Shown piece after piece: positions 29,200-37,225 of a stretch of 64,000 bases of DNA. The stretch lies in IMG/VR virus record IMGVR_UViG_3300012943_000001, positions 39,743 through 103,742 of that record; one strand, 5' to 3'. A program made the translations under genes and the position numbers. Origin of the DNA: a virus (Duplodnaviria > Heunggongvirae > Uroviricota > Caudoviricetes). How positions within the stretch are numbered: position 1 is the stretch's first letter; every line of letters starts with the position of its first letter. The notes below the pieces were generated by a model. It made no database searches, was not told the origin of the DNA, and saw only the letters and a program-made list of their open reading frames with translations.

Positions 29200-29903
29200 A
29201 GAAATTAGGTCTTTGGAACGACGGTCCCGGAATCGGGGACAAGCTTCAATTTGGAGCTGTGCCCGAAAACTATTTCCGCAACTTTGGAGAGAAGGTTGTG
29301 GACATGAGCAACTGTTGGGTTTTTGACCACAACCCATACGTGGTTCGTGGCGAACAAGCACAGCATCATTTGAACTTGTGGCTAGTTCAGTTTCCAGCGG
29401 AAGATTATCTTTCATACGGAGAGCGTCAGACGATTAAATTCGGCTGGCCTAAGTGCTATCTCCGTCACCCTCGCTTGTACAAGTACGAGGATGCCAAGAC
29501 GAATCTCGGTACTGTAGTTGTTCACACGAACGGCAAGTCTGAAGGCGGAGTTATGAGTGACGAAACAATCGCTCAAATTCAAAAGAACTACGACGGCTAC
29601 CGCATTATTCAGATTGGTGGCACGAATGACCGCAATACCCCATTTGAAAAGGCTCTTGGCCTTAGTATGTGGAACAGTGCGGAGCTTATCGCTACCAGCC
29701 AAGTATTCATCGGGGTCAATAGTTCAATGATGAATATCGCGAACTGCTACCCACGCGTACACAGGAAGGTCGTTATCAACAGAACAGATGTCGAGAAGTA
29801 TTATCCAATCAGCGTCATGAGTAGCTGGATTGACTACAACTGGACATACATCAATCAGTCCGAAGAAGATTTGGGCGTCACCTACTCATACAAAAAAATC
29901 TAA
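29196..29903 (+). CDS. Glycosyltransferase, GT9-like
   Basis: PGIGDKLQF, IIQIGG, LIATSQVFIGVNSSMMNIA. Confidence 0.65.
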   Translation: MKKLGLWNDGPGIGDKLQFGAVPENYFRNFGEKVVDMSNCWVFDHNPYVVRGEQAQHHLNLWLVQFPAEDYLSYGERQTIKFGWPKCYLRHPRLYKYEDAKTNLGTVVVHTNGKSEGGVMSDETIAQIQKNYDGYRIIQIGGTNDRNTPFEKALGLSMWNSAELIATSQVFIGVNSSMMNIANCYPRVHRKVVINRTDVEKYYPISVMSSWIDYNWTYINQSEEDLGVTYSYKKI

Positions 29904-30556
29904 TGGAAGACATCGTTACAAATTTCTACGTCAATCAGTCAGTAGCTCAATATGAAAAATCTCACGGCCCCCGTCTTAATTTTCTAGTAGAGGACTTGAA
30001 ATTAGGAGAGCTTCAGAATTCAGTTATAGGAGATTTTGGCTGTGGGTACGGTCCAATATTCGCAAGGATGGGGAGAGGTAAAGGAAACGAATACTTTGGA
30101 TTCGATGGAGCAGCGGTATCCGAAGAGGCGTCTAAAGTTTGTACGTATCGGCAAACAGACCTCAATCTTCCGTTCGCTGACAAATTTTTGCAGGAATGTT
30201 ATAAGCTAGATATAGGAATGACATTCGAAACGATAGAACATCTAACGAATCCGTACAACTGCCTTTCTGAAATGAAGAAGGTCGTCAAAGAAAACGGCAC
30301 GATTATCATCAGTATTCCTCATGAACAAATTACGCATAACACGATTTATCCGGGCCTGCTTTATCCAGAGAGCAATTTTCAGGAGTTTTTGAGGCAGATG
30401 GCGTTGCCAGTAATGCGTCACGCAATCCACGACAAGAGCTTTAAGCAAAACGTCTACGTTTGCCGCAACGCTCCGTGGGGAGAAAGTCAGATGCGTTGGC
30501 ATAAGAACGAGGATAAGTTCCGCAACATTCCACCCGTAGTCGCAGTGAATCTATGA
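29903..30556 (+). CDS. Class I SAM-dependent methyltransferase
   Basis: IGDFGCGYG motif I, YFGFD, DLN, FETIEHL.NPY..L..MKKVVK..G.IIISIP. Confidence 0.88.
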   Translation: MEDIVTNFYVNQSVAQYEKSHGPRLNFLVEDLKLGELQNSVIGDFGCGYGPIFARMGRGKGNEYFGFDGAAVSEEASKVCTYRQTDLNLPFADKFLQECYKLDIGMTFETIEHLTNPYNCLSEMKKVVKENGTIIISIPHEQITHNTIYPGLLYPESNFQEFLRQMALPVMRHAIHDKSFKQNVYVCRNAPWGESQMRWHKNEDKFRNIPPVVAVNL

Positions 30557-31350
30557 AGGCGGTAGGTTTCAATCAGGGCCAGTTTGGCGATGTTGTGATG
30601 GGGATGATTGCCGCGAAAGCATTCAAGCGAGATAATCCTTACGACGAGCTGTATCTTGGAATTAACAAGAAGTATGCGTCGATTGCACCATTGTTCGAGA
30701 ACAATCCACTGATTGACGGGATTCATATTTGGGACCAATACAACGACTGGCCCTCTATGGAAGATAGGATTGCCGCAAGCAAGTTCGATAAAGTTTTTAA
30801 CGCAATGCCCCAGCATACACGTGGGGATTGGTACAATCATATTCACCAGACAGAAGAACTCTGTTTGATGCATGATTTGCAGCCTCCATTTAATCTTCAG
30901 ATTGAGCTGGTGAAATATTTTCCAGTAAAGCAAATCAAGGGACGCATAGGGGTGTGTCTATTTGGAGAGACTAGAAGTAGAGACAAAAATCCTTCTGTAG
31001 AAAAAGCTATCAGGTTGACTTCAATGCTTCAAGATTTAGGATATGAAGTAATACAGATTGGTCTTAAAGACGACCCTCAAGTAGCACCGAAATATGAAGG
31101 AGATTTTTTTGGAGCGGTAAAAACAGCCTTGATGTGCGACGTAGTTATTTGCGTAGATACGGCCTTAGCATGGATACTTTCGGGATACAAACATCCTGTC
31201 GTTGGACTCTATGGATTCAACTACTACCCCGGAGCAAAAACCTCAAGAAACTGGCAACCCGTAAATCCAAACGCGATATATTTGGAAGCCCCAAGAGTTG
31301 AAGAAATCAACGAGGAGCATATAATTAAAGCAGTCAAACTACGAACATAA
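30553..31350 (+). CDS. Glycosyltransferase, GT9-like
   Basis: GQFGDVVMG, LFENNPLID, VIQIG, CDVVICVDTALAWI..GY.HP.VGLYG. Confidence 0.8.
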   Translation: MKAVGFNQGQFGDVVMGMIAAKAFKRDNPYDELYLGINKKYASIAPLFENNPLIDGIHIWDQYNDWPSMEDRIAASKFDKVFNAMPQHTRGDWYNHIHQTEELCLMHDLQPPFNLQIELVKYFPVKQIKGRIGVCLFGETRSRDKNPSVEKAIRLTSMLQDLGYEVIQIGLKDDPQVAPKYEGDFFGAVKTALMCDVVICVDTALAWILSGYKHPVVGLYGFNYYPGAKTSRNWQPVNPNAIYLEAPRVEEINEEHIIKAVKLRT

Positions 31351-31934
31351 TGGGACACATTTCATTCTACAATCTAAAAGAGCTTCAAGCCAAACACGAC
31401 CTTAAGTATTTTGTTGAGACCGGCGTAGGCAACGGAGACGCAATCATCGAGGCACAAAAATACCCGTTCGAAAGAATCCTGTCCATCGAAATCATGGAAG
31501 AACAGGTCAAGAGAATGAAAGAGAAGTTTAAGGACGACCCTCGCGTAGAAATCATCCTCGGCAACACGCTGGACGTTTTGCCAAAACTTCTTGACGAAAT
31601 CAAGGTGCCCACATTGTTTTGGTTAGACGCCCATTTCCCCGGTGCGGATATTGGTATGGGCAGGCACGACGATACATCTATTGATGACGAAACCCGTCTT
31701 CCATTAGAGCGAGAGCTTTTGATGATTAAGAACCAAAGGAATGGTAAAGACGTAGTGCTATTCGACGACCTCAAGATTTACAGAAATCAAGGTAGAGACG
31801 CTTGGAGACACGACATCAAGCCTCGTCACCAGTTCTCTTCAGATTTTTTCTTTGCGGAAATTCTAGACGCAACCCATAACTTTCAATCTTCAGAGGCGGA
31901 TACTGGATACGCCGCCCTTACTCCTAAAAAATGA
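31350..31934 (+). CDS. SAM-dependent methyltransferase-like protein
   Basis: FVETGVGNG, ILSIEI, ILGNT, FWLDAH, VVLFDD. Confidence 0.75.
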   Translation: MGHISFYNLKELQAKHDLKYFVETGVGNGDAIIEAQKYPFERILSIEIMEEQVKRMKEKFKDDPRVEIILGNTLDVLPKLLDEIKVPTLFWLDAHFPGADIGMGRHDDTSIDDETRLPLERELLMIKNQRNGKDVVLFDDLKIYRNQGRDAWRHDIKPRHQFSSDFFFAEILDATHNFQSSEADTGYAALTPKK

Positions 31935-32272
31935 TAAGACTTGAAGTAGATGAAGGCTTCGCCTTCGACGTTTTCAGCATCAATACAATCAAGTACGCCA
32001 AGAACGTTATTGACGTGAACCGCTTTAATCGCGTTCGAGACAATCTGATTATTGAGCTGGGCTTGGAGAAGTTTCAAGAAGTCGTTGACTCTAAAGAGTA
32101 CGCGGAACTTATGAAGGCGAACTTGGAGACATTCACCTTGGTAGACTTAGCTAAAGAAGATAAGGTCTTGGCATCAGAAGTACACGCAGGCAATGACAGA
32201 CGCTATATCAGCAAAACCAAAATCATGAAGAGATTCTTCGCGGACAAACAACAGCTAGAGCTTAAGAACTAA
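31931..32272 (+). CDS. Hypothetical protein
   Basis: 113-aa ORF translationally coupled within the island. Confidence 0.55.
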   Translation: MIRLEVDEGFAFDVFSINTIKYAKNVIDVNRFNRVRDNLIIELGLEKFQEVVDSKEYAELMKANLETFTLVDLAKEDKVLASEVHAGNDRRYISKTKIMKRFFADKQQLELKN

Positions 32273-32273
32273 C

Positions 32274-33077
32274 ATGAAAGTCGTAGATTGCTTCACATTT
32301 TTTAATGAGCTGGACCTCCTAGAGATTCGCCTCGAAATCCTCAATCCGGTCGTAGACTACTTCGTCATCGTCGAAGCCTCAAAGACTCAGACGCTTAAAG
32401 ACAAGCCGTTCTACTTCGAAGAGAACAAGGAACGCTACGCGAAGTTTGCGGACAAAATCATTCACGTCAAAGTCGAGAACTGTCCGTCAAACGAAGGAAA
32501 TCTTTGGACGATGGAGAATTTCCAACGTAACCAAATCAAGCGAGGATTGGAGAGGTTGAGTCTAGACCCTTCGGATTTTGTTATGATTTCTGATGCGGAC
32601 GAAATTCCAAACCCAGAAGCTATTACTCAGCTCAAGACACAGGCCGAAGAATTTCATACTATTGCTTTTGCAATGGAGTTCTACGCGTACTTTCTCAACC
32701 TCACCTCTCACGGTAAAGGTTGGATTGGCACGGTGCTAGCAAGGGCAGAAGTGCTTGAGCATATCGAACCTCAAGACCTCCGCAACATCAAAGACCAAGC
32801 TCCACGCATTGAGAAGGCTGGCTGGCATTTTAGCTGGTTAGGTGGAATGGATAAGGTTTACGAAAAGCTTCATTCATGTATTGAGCCGTTTGACAAATCT
32901 ACGGTTCCAACGAGAGAAGAGTTTACTAAGATTTGGAGAGATAGAGTCGTATCGAAAGGTCAATTTCACCTTATTAACAGAGACGATAATTCTATTCCTA
33001 TGGTCATCGACAACAGAGGACTTCCATTCTACGTTGATGAGTATGCAAGAGAGAAGTACCCACATTTGATTCTATGA
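32274..33077 (+). CDS. Glycosyltransferase family 17 (beta-1,4-GlcNAc transferase III-like)
   Basis: VDCFTFFNELDLLEIRL..L..VVDYFVIVEA, ENFQRN, ISDADEIP, GWHFSW. Confidence 0.9.
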   Translation: MKVVDCFTFFNELDLLEIRLEILNPVVDYFVIVEASKTQTLKDKPFYFEENKERYAKFADKIIHVKVENCPSNEGNLWTMENFQRNQIKRGLERLSLDPSDFVMISDADEIPNPEAITQLKTQAEEFHTIAFAMEFYAYFLNLTSHGKGWIGTVLARAEVLEHIEPQDLRNIKDQAPRIEKAGWHFSWLGGMDKVYEKLHSCIEPFDKSTVPTREEFTKIWRDRVVSKGQFHLINRDDNSIPMVIDNRGLPFYVDEYAREKYPHLIL

Positions 33078-33790
33078 GGTTAGAGATTAAGACGTACTCA
33101 CTTATGAGGAGCGGCCACCACGCCGTCCTTATTTGGCTGGCTAAGAACTTTGAGCAACAAGCCGAAGTTCTGCACGTTGCTGAACAGATGGGTGGAGTCA
33201 CGAAGACGATTGTCGAAGGCGACGGCCCAAAGATTACAGTCTACGAGAATCTTAGACTGAGAGATGAAGTCAATCCAAGTATCATAATCTTGAGAGACCC
33301 GTACAATAACTACGCGTCATATCTCAAGATGATTCAGAACCCAAATTACGGTCAGTTCTTCGCGTTCCCAATTCTCGAATACTGGAAAGAATATGCAGAG
33401 GAAGTTATTGGCAACACAAACTTTCTCAGGAACAAATATTTCATCAATTATAATCTCTGGGCTGAGAGTGAAGAGTATCGCAGAAATCTTGTGTGGGAGA
33501 TGTCTGTCATCTTCAAAACCAAGATGAATTTCGACGACAGCCTGAAAGACAAACTTTCTCTGCTTGGTGGAGGCTCAAGCTTTGACGGCTTGGAGTACGC
33601 CAAGACTGCAAGTAAGATGAAGGTCAACGAGCGTTACAAGAACTATGCGGACAACAGACTCTACCGCTCGAAAGTCGATACACCCGAATTCCGCAAATTG
33701 AGCGAAAGAATTTTTAAGTTTTATCCATTTCCAACAGTTGAAAAACCGCAAGAGCAAGATATGCATTCCATTATGGACAGGCTCTTTTGA
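33074..33790 (+). CDS. Sulfotransferase-fold-like protein
   Basis: MRSGHHAV..W (5'-PSB-like), IIILRDPYN..AS (3'-PB-like), FINYN.W. Confidence 0.55.
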   Translation: MRLEIKTYSLMRSGHHAVLIWLAKNFEQQAEVLHVAEQMGGVTKTIVEGDGPKITVYENLRLRDEVNPSIIILRDPYNNYASYLKMIQNPNYGQFFAFPILEYWKEYAEEVIGNTNFLRNKYFINYNLWAESEEYRRNLVWEMSVIFKTKMNFDDSLKDKLSLLGGGSSFDGLEYAKTASKMKVNERYKNYADNRLYRSKVDTPEFRKLSERIFKFYPFPTVEKPQEQDMHSIMDRLF

Positions 33791-33793
33791 ACC

Positions 33794-33822
33794 TTGACTT
33801 TTTGGAAACAATCGAGTAAGAT
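33794..33822 (+). promoter_or_regulatory. Sigma70-like promoter of the nrdBA operon
   Basis: TTGACT-17-TAAGAT. Confidence 0.65.
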
Positions 33823-33939
33823 AGATTTTTCGGCAAGAGTTTAGTTTCCACAAATTTTTCTTCAGAGCGAAGGCACGAAAGGGTGTTCCTCATAACAGAG
33901 AAAGGGTGTAAACTTCCTCACCTAAAAATTGATTTTACT

Positions 33940-34905
33940 ATGATTTTCGACGAACAGATTAGCAGAAAGCCAGACCACTACCCTTGGACCAAAAAATTCT
34001 CTAAAGCGATTCATGACGGATTCTGGACGAATGATGTGTTCAGCTTTTCCTCAGATATCCAAGACTTTAAGGTCAACCTTAACGACCAAGATAGAGCAAT
34101 CATAACCAAGTCGCTATCAGCGATTGGTCAAGTTGAAGTGGCGGTCAAGAAGTTCTGGGCAAAGCTTGGAGACAATTTGCCGCATCCGTCTATCACGGAC
34201 TTGGGTTATGTCATGGCGAATACCGAAGTCATTCACGGAGACGCCTACGAGCGTCTACTCAACGTGCTTGGAATGGAAGATATCTTTGAAGAGAATTTGA
34301 AGTTAGATATCGTAATGGGTCGCGTAAATTACCTACGCAAGTACAACCACAAGTTCTACAAAGACTCAAAGAAGCAGTATATCTATGCTTTGATTTTGTT
34401 CACGCTTTTCGTTGAGAACGTATCATTATTCAGTCAATTCTATGTCATCAACTGGTACTACAAGAACAAGAATGTTCTGAAGGATACAAATCAGCAGGTG
34501 AAGTATACGCGTCAGGAAGAGCAGATTCATGCGATGGTTGGCATGAAGCTTGTCAACGTTATCCGCGAAGAGTACCCGGAACTATTCGACGAAGAGCTTG
34601 AGCAACGTATTGCTCACGAAGCAGAGCAAGCGTTTATTGCGGAGAGCAAGATTATTGACTGGATTATTGGCGACTTTGACCAGCCCGGGCTCAGTGCGTC
34701 CGTATTGAAAGAATTTATTAAGAACCGCATCAATTCCTCTTTGAAGGAAATCGGTTTCAAGTCCGCATTCGAAATTGACGAGGGAGTTATGGCAGAAACC
34801 GCATGGTTCGACGAGACTCTATTGGGAAGCACGTCTACAGACTTCTTCCACGCTCGTCCTATCGAATACTCTAAGAACGGTCAAAGCTTTGACGACCTTG
34901 TTTAA
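33940..34905 (+). CDS. nrdB: Ribonucleotide reductase class Ia beta subunit (start reassigned to MIFDEQ)
   Basis: HYPW, IGQVEVAVK.FW, TEVIHGDAY, VENVSLFSQF, EEQIH, DFF..RP.EY. Confidence 0.95.
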   Translation: MIFDEQISRKPDHYPWTKKFSKAIHDGFWTNDVFSFSSDIQDFKVNLNDQDRAIITKSLSAIGQVEVAVKKFWAKLGDNLPHPSITDLGYVMANTEVIHGDAYERLLNVLGMEDIFEENLKLDIVMGRVNYLRKYNHKFYKDSKKQYIYALILFTLFVENVSLFSQFYVINWYYKNKNVLKDTNQQVKYTRQEEQIHAMVGMKLVNVIREEYPELFDEELEQRIAHEAEQAFIAESKIIDWIIGDFDQPGLSASVLKEFIKNRINSSLKEIGFKSAFEIDEGVMAETAWFDETLLGSTSTDFFHARPIEYSKNGQSFDDLV

Positions 34906-34910
34906 TTTTT

Positions 34911-36566
34911 ATGGATATCAAATCTGACTATTACTGGCTAAACGAAGACTCAAGAAAATTCCTCCAAAAAGACTATATCGAAAAGGGTAGCACCCCGGAA
35001 CAAAGGTTCCGTCAGATTGCTGAGAACGCAGAGCGTATCCTAGGCATTGACGGCTTTGCCGACAAATTCGAAGGCTATTTGAAGAAGGGATTTTTCTCTC
35101 TTTCCTCTCCCGTTATCTCTAATTTTGGTAACAGAAAAGGTCTTCCTGTATCTTGCTTTGGCAGCTATATTGCGGACGATATCGAATCTATTTTAGAGAA
35201 GAACTCTGAGGTGGGCAAAATGTCCAAGGTCGGAGGCGGCACATCCGCATACTTTGGCGAGCTTCGTCCACGCGGCACGAAGATTAGTGTAGGTGGTGAA
35301 GCAGACGGTCCAGTACGCTTCATGGAGCTGTTTGATAAGACCACAAGCGTAATTTCTCAGGGCAGTACGCGTAGGGGAGCCTTCGCGGCATATCTTCCCG
35401 TAGAGCATCCTGACGTTCTAGAGTTCCTTCAGATTCGTGCAGAGGGTAATCCGATTCAAGAAATGAATTTCGGAGTGACCATTTCTGACGCATGGATGAA
35501 AGACCTTCTTGAGGGCGATAAGGCCAAGAGTAAGATTTGGAGTCAGATTGTGAAGAAACGTTTCGAGACAGGATACCCATACATCTTCTTCTCTGACACA
35601 ATTAACAACAGTGCTCCAAAAGCATATCGCGACAAAGACTTGAGAGTCTGGGCTTCGAACCTTTGTTCTGAGATTTGTTTGTCCACGTCCCCAACTGAGA
35701 GTTTTGTTTGCGTTCTTTCTTCAATCAATCTTTTGCATTGGGAAGAAATCAAGGAGACAGACGCGGTTGAAACGCTCACGTATTTCTTGGACGCGGTTAC
35801 GGAAGAGTTTATTTTGAAGTCCAATGGAGTCAAGTTCCTTGAGGCTCCAAACCTATTTGCAAAGAAGCAGCGTGCGATTGGTCTTGGCGTTCTCGGCTGG
35901 CACTCCCTTCTTCAGTCCAAGATGATTGCTTTCGAATCTATGGAGGCGAAGTTCTTGAACACTCAAATCTTCAAAGAGCTTGATAAGCGAACATTGAAGG
36001 CTTCTCGCGAACTTGCAGAGAAGTATGGCGAGCCAGAGGTATTGAAGGGTTATGGAGAGCGTATGACTACGCGTATGGCTATCGCTCCAACCACGTCTAG
36101 CTCGTTCATCCTAGGTCAGGTCTCTTCTGGTATCGAACCACTTAACGGTAACTACTTCACGAAGGATTTGGCAAAGGGACTATTCCCTTACAAGAATCCG
36201 TTCTTGGAGAAGCTTCTTGAAGAGAAGGGCAAGAACACTCGTGAAGTATGGAAAGAGATTCTTGTTCGTGGCGGTTCTGTACAGAAGTTAGACTTTTTGA
36301 CGCAACACGAGAAGGACGTATTCAAAACGTTTGGCGAATTGAGCCAGAAGGAAATCGTTATTCAGGCAGCTACGCGTCAGAAGTATATCGACCAGTCTCA
36401 AAGCTTGAATCTAATGATTGCCCCTGACGTGTCTGCCAAGGACGTATCCGCCCTTCTTATCGAAGGTTGGAAGATGGGTATCAAGACATTCTACTATCAG
36501 AGAAGTGCGAACCCAGCTCAGGAGCTTGCGAGAAAGATTTTGACTTGTGCGAGCTGCGAATCCTAA
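34911..36566 (+). CDS. nrdA: Ribonucleotide reductase class Ia alpha subunit, short form without ATP cone
   Basis: LPVSCFG, GGGTS, QGSTRRGA.A.Y, ASNLCSEI, CVLSSINL, AIAPTTSSS, KTFYYQRS, C-terminal CASCES. Confidence 0.95.
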   Translation: MDIKSDYYWLNEDSRKFLQKDYIEKGSTPEQRFRQIAENAERILGIDGFADKFEGYLKKGFFSLSSPVISNFGNRKGLPVSCFGSYIADDIESILEKNSEVGKMSKVGGGTSAYFGELRPRGTKISVGGEADGPVRFMELFDKTTSVISQGSTRRGAFAAYLPVEHPDVLEFLQIRAEGNPIQEMNFGVTISDAWMKDLLEGDKAKSKIWSQIVKKRFETGYPYIFFSDTINNSAPKAYRDKDLRVWASNLCSEICLSTSPTESFVCVLSSINLLHWEEIKETDAVETLTYFLDAVTEEFILKSNGVKFLEAPNLFAKKQRAIGLGVLGWHSLLQSKMIAFESMEAKFLNTQIFKELDKRTLKASRELAEKYGEPEVLKGYGERMTTRMAIAPTTSSSFILGQVSSGIEPLNGNYFTKDLAKGLFPYKNPFLEKLLEEKGKNTREVWKEILVRGGSVQKLDFLTQHEKDVFKTFGELSQKEIVIQAATRQKYIDQSQSLNLMIAPDVSAKDVSALLIEGWKMGIKTFYYQRSANPAQELARKILTCASCES

Positions 36567-36849
36567 GAGATACGTTTACCACGCCGAAGCCTTATATTTA
36601 GACGGGGCGTTCGTCAAGGATGTCGAATCCATATCCATATCTTTTGGCAAGCTTGAGCTTGAAAAAATTGGAGGAACTTTTGCGGAGGTCATTCTTGAAT
36701 ACGTAGTCAAAGGAGAGAGTCTTAAGCGTATATTTGATAATATAGTCTCTTCTTCTGAGGGTGACTTATTCGACAAGCTAACCTTTTCCGAAGGAAATTA
36801 TCTACTCTTCAAAAAGAAAGCGTATAAACAGATTGATTCAGGTAGTTAA
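36547..36849 (+). CDS. Hypothetical protein
   Basis: 100-aa ORF in operon; start uncertain. Confidence 0.45.
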   Translation: MRAANPKRYVYHAEALYLDGAFVKDVESISISFGKLELEKIGGTFAEVILEYVVKGESLKRIFDNIVSSSEGDLFDKLTFSEGNYLLFKKKAYKQIDSGS

Positions 36850-37156
36850 CACAAAGCGTCATGAGCCAACCAGCTCAGACTTTTATATCGGTAGGGGTTC
36901 TCCTCTCGGGAACCCTTATCGCATTAATCATAGGAACACGAGAGAAGAGGTCGTGGCAGAATACGAAAAGTATCTCGCCGAAAAGATTAGAACGAAAGAT
37001 AGGCCCGTTTGTAACGAGCTAAACAAAATTTATAGGGCGGCAAAAGCAGGAGACGTAAAGCTCTTGTGCTTTTGTAGTCCGTACCTGTGTCATGGAGATA
37101 TCATCAAAAGAATTATAGATGAAGAGCTAGAGAAGCAAAATATGCGGAGAAGTTAA
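36833..37156 (+). CDS. DUF4326 family protein
   Basis: VVN....YIGRGSPLGNPY, L.CFC.P..CHGDII. Confidence 0.88.
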   Translation: MIQVVNTKRHEPTSSDFYIGRGSPLGNPYRINHRNTREEVVAEYEKYLAEKIRTKDRPVCNELNKIYRAAKAGDVKLLCFCSPYLCHGDIIKRIIDEELEKQNMRRS

Positions 37157-37158
37157 CC

Positions 37159-37218
37159 TTGACTTTTTCGACATTTTTCAGTAGGATATCTGTCTGCCTT
37201 ACTATTTGGCAGATGGAT
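37159..37218 (+). promoter_or_regulatory. Sigma70-like promoter plus 11-bp leader hairpin upstream of nrdJ
   Basis: TTGACT-17-TAGGAT followed by ATCTGTCTGCC-ttactattt-GGCAGATGGAT. Confidence 0.65.
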
Positions 37219-37225
37219 TTCTACC

